Assembly: GCA_002352485.1 (NCBI GenBank)
Contig: DEIM01000225.1
Location: 12,450-53,203 of the forward strand
Direction: 5' to 3'
Origin: Candidatus Dadabacteria bacterium UBA2774
GTDB lineage: Bacteria > Desulfobacterota_D > UBA1144 > Nemesobacterales > UBA2774
DNA: 40,754 nucleotides
A program made the translations under genes and the position numbers. Under the pieces are notes generated by a model, which made no database searches, was not told the origin of the DNA, and saw only the letters and a program-made list of their open reading frames with translations. The stretch's first letter is position 1. Each line of letters starts with the position of its first letter. Shown here piece after piece: positions 38,206 to 40,754 of the stretch.

Positions 38206-39129
38206 TCACTTATCTAAGATACTAAGCAGACCCGTTTGTGATGAGTGAAATACCATATCTACTATTAAGGTTGCCATGATTACGAGCATATAGATGATAG
38301 ATACCCCAAACGCCCTACCGTACCCCTTGTTATTTATAGTGCTCCAAATTATCACATAGTCAAAATAGACACCTGAGATTACAGCGAAAATCGCAAAGAA
38401 TATGCTGGCGTAACCCAAAAACCAAAGCGACAGGCTGAGAGGAAGTAGGGAAATCGAATAAAGAAGAATCATGACGTTTGTGAACTTCGTACCGAGTGCT
38501 ACGGGCATTACTGGCACTCCGGCCTTTTTGTAGTCGAGCTTGTATTTCTGAGCAAGGGCCCAGAAATGGGGCGGCTGCCAGAGCATCATGAATATAAACA
38601 ATATATAGCCATCTGCACCTATTGCGGGTTGCACGGCTGAGTAGCCTATTAAAACCGGAAGCGCTCCGGGAAGCCCGCCAAGTATAGTGCCGTAGGGAGA
38701 GCTTCTTTTTAAATAGAGCGTATACAAAAGGGTATAGCTAAGCAGCGCGGCGATGGTTAATAGGGCGTTTACAACATTTAAGTAATAAAACGAAATGAAC
38801 ATAGAGATGACTATAAACACCGACGCTATGACCACCGCGGTCTTCACCCCAACAGCCTCAAGAGCGTCTACCCGCTTGCTGAGCCTGTTCATCAGGATAT
38901 CGATCTGCTTATCGAGTACGTTATTTAGAATTGCGGAGCCTGCTGCACTGAGTAGAAGAGATACGAGAGCAAGTACTAATAAGGAAAGAGAGGGAATACC
39001 GCGGTTTGCAAGCATAATTCCTGCAAACCCTGTGAAAGCAACGCTCAGAATAATCCCGGGCTTAGCAAGTAGAATAGTCGATACCACTATCTTTGCAGGA
39101 GCGCTTTGAGCTTGTTCCATAGTATTCAT
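38206..39129 (-). CDS. ctaB: Protoheme IX farnesyltransferase (heme O synthase)
   Basis: LAKPGI, NNVLDKQIDILMNR, YTLYLKR, GALPVLIG, WQPPHFWAL, DYKKAGVPVMP. Confidence 0.95.
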   Translation of the reverse strand: MNTMEQAQSAPAKIVVSTILLAKPGIILSVAFTGFAGIMLANRGIPSLSLLVLALVSLLLSAAGSAILNNVLDKQIDILMNRLSKRVDALEAVGVKTAVVIASVFIVISMFISFYYLNVVNALLTIAALLSYTLLYTLYLKRSSPYGTILGGLPGALPVLIGYSAVQPAIGADGYILFIFMMLWQPPHFWALAQKYKLDYKKAGVPVMPVALGTKFTNVMILLYSISLLPLSLSLWFLGYASIFFAIFAVISGVYFDYVIIWSTINNKGYGRAFGVSIIYMLVIMATLIVDMVFHSSQTGLLSILDK

Positions 39130-39159
39130 TTCACACGAACCTGTTGACTAGATTTTAGA

Positions 39160-40014
39160 TTATACACTACTTTCCCGCATACCCCGAAACCAGGTGTAGA
39201 ACGCTGCGGTTAAAATGAATAGCGCAACCAGGAGATGGAGAGCTATGATCAGGAAGTGAAGCTTTGAGCTTACTACAAGCACGCCAAGGAGCACTTGAAC
39301 GATTATAAGCCCCAGTATCACAAGTATTTCATTCCGGTACTTTTGGAGCCCTTTTTGTGTATAAGAAAATAGCAAGAGCAGGAGCACTATCGCGGTTATG
39401 ATATAAGCCAGAGCCCTGTGAGCGAAATGGTTCAGTATGATGCCTGACAATTCAGGTGGCACCCAGTAGCCAAGACAGGTGGGGAAATCGGGGCACGCAA
39501 GACCGGCATCGGAATGGCGGACATAAGCGCCCAGAACCGCCTGGCATGTAACTAGCATGGCAAGGAGAAAAAACACACCCTTGTAACCGTCGATGCTGAA
39601 GAGAGTTTTTTGCTCTACCCCGTCAAAGGACACCATGTAAAGTACCAGTAGGAATATGACCATCGCGTTTGCGAAATGGAATGTAGTAAGGTCTACCGGA
39701 AGCTCTAGGAGTACGACTATACCTCCAAGGATAATTTGAAAAATGAGAAGAAGTACCGTTATAACAGGGACAGCTTTTACCGCACCGATATAACTCCTAA
39801 CGCGCTGGTAAGCGAGTATGACAATAAATACGGATGTGACACCGCCGATTACCCGGTGCATGAATTCCATATAGATATCCCATCTGAAGGGTGGAAGCAC
39901 TCTGCCGTGGCAAAGCGGCCAGTCGGGACATGCAAGCCCTGCCTTAAGGCCTGCTACCAGGTTCCCCCATATTAAGAGTAAAAACAGAAGAGTAAGGGCT
40001 ATCTTGGCAATCAT
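39160..40014 (-). CDS. ctaA: Heme A synthase (COX15/CtaA)
   Basis: AGLACPDWPLCHG, EFMHR, second half AGLACPDFPTC, FAHR, ALH. Confidence 0.93.
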   Translation of the reverse strand: MIAKIALTLLFLLLIWGNLVAGLKAGLACPDWPLCHGRVLPPFRWDIYMEFMHRVIGGVTSVFIVILAYQRVRSYIGAVKAVPVITVLLLIFQIILGGIVVLLELPVDLTTFHFANAMVIFLLVLYMVSFDGVEQKTLFSIDGYKGVFFLLAMLVTCQAVLGAYVRHSDAGLACPDFPTCLGYWVPPELSGIILNHFAHRALAYIITAIVLLLLLFSYTQKGLQKYRNEILVILGLIIVQVLLGVLVVSSKLHFLIIALHLLVALFILTAAFYTWFRGMRESSV

Positions 40015-40029
40015 ATAATTTAAAACCGC

Positions 40030-40338
40030 TCAGATAGGAAACAATCTGGTAAACGTATCGAGTATAGTCATACCTATCAGTAAGGCCAATAGAGCTAAGG
40101 GGAAAAGAGCAAATCCCCAGGTTATACTGTCTTCAAATTTCAGGTGCATAAAGAAGAGCGCGACCACAGCTGCCTTGACGGAGGCAACACTCATCGCTAT
40201 GACAATATTGAATATACCTACGTCTACGTATGATACGTATACGGTAATAGCCGTTAGTATCATTAGCAGAATCCATATTAATATGTATGTTTTATAACTT
40301 GTTATGTGGTGTTCTTCGCTGCTTGAATGTGATGACAT
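40030..40338 (-). CDS. Cytochrome c oxidase subunit IV
   Basis: LLMILTAITV, KAAVVALFFMHLKFE; GGAGG RBS favours ATG 40338. Confidence 0.9.
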   Translation of the reverse strand: MSSHSSSEEHHITSYKTYILIWILLMILTAITVYVSYVDVGIFNIVIAMSVASVKAAVVALFFMHLKFEDSITWGFALFPLALLALLIGMTILDTFTRLFPI

Positions 40339-40355
40339 TGTATGTTGATACCTCC

Positions 40356-40754
40356 TTAGCCTATTAAATAAAGAAGCGGGAATAGATAAATCCAAATTAA
40401 ATCCACTAAGTGCCAGTAAAGCCCGCCGAGCTCTACCGGGGTGCTGTATTTTTGATTGAATTTGCCCTTCATAGTCAGGACGAGCACTGTTGAAAGAATA
40501 GCGATACCTATAAACACGTGAAGCATATGAAGGCCGGTCAGCATAAAGTAGAGAGAGAAGAATATGCTGGTGTCGGGATAAATATGGTGTGAGAACTTAG
40601 CACTGTACTCAAAATACTTGACCACAGCGAATGCAAGGCCGCACAAGATCGTAATTAGCAGCATAAGAGAGGTAAGCTTCCGCTTGCCCCTTTGGATTGC
40701 GGTAACACCGACAGCCATTGTCATACTGCTGAAAATAAGTACGCATGTGTTTAC
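40356..40754 (-). CDS. Cytochrome c oxidase subunit III, 5' part outside the window
   Basis: Frame open to the window edge (VNTCVLIFSS), FFSLYFMLTGLHMLHV, GLYWHLVDLIWIYLFPLLY. Confidence 0.93.
   Translation of the reverse strand, partial: VNTCVLIFSSMTMAVGVTAIQRGKRKLTSLMLLITILCGLAFAVVKYFEYSAKFSHHIYPDTSIFFSLYFMLTGLHMLHVFIGIAILSTVLVLTMKGKFNQKYSTPVELGGLYWHLVDLIWIYLFPLLYLIG

Overview
Bacterial chromosomal window, mostly housekeeping and energy genes with an accessory stretch of secreted proteins around a tRNA-Pro. Gene style (IPTL-CTERM protein, GGC-lipobox lipoproteins, extended RecG, divergent sigma-70 paralog) suggests a deltaproteobacterial-type lineage such as Ca. Dadabacteria; this is inference only. 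Core genes are era, aspS, a GldA/F/G-like ABC operon with DUF4340, sucAB, recG, an M3 oligoendopeptidase and the end of a heme-copper oxidase operon (subunits III and IV, ctaA, ctaB). Most notable: (1) a translationally coupled three-gene operon joining an FpoF/FrhB-like ferredoxin-flavoprotein to a two-subunit 2-oxoacid oxidoreductase, next to sucAB, a candidate F420- or flavin-linked 2-oxoacid oxidoreductase; (2) two consecutive sigma-54 promoters, each with a TGT-N10-ACA enhancer about 100 bp upstream, in front of a divergent sigma-70 and a very acidic secreted peptide; (3) a ~2 kb segment carrying a papain-like lipoprotein, bounded by a duplicated, mostly synonymously diverged gene 3' end beside tRNA-Pro; (4) a 17-bp direct repeat flanking the IPTL-CTERM gene; (5) a cluster of degenerate REP-like hairpins. 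No CRISPR array, rRNA, integrase or transposase was seen. All calls come from motif recognition without database searches.
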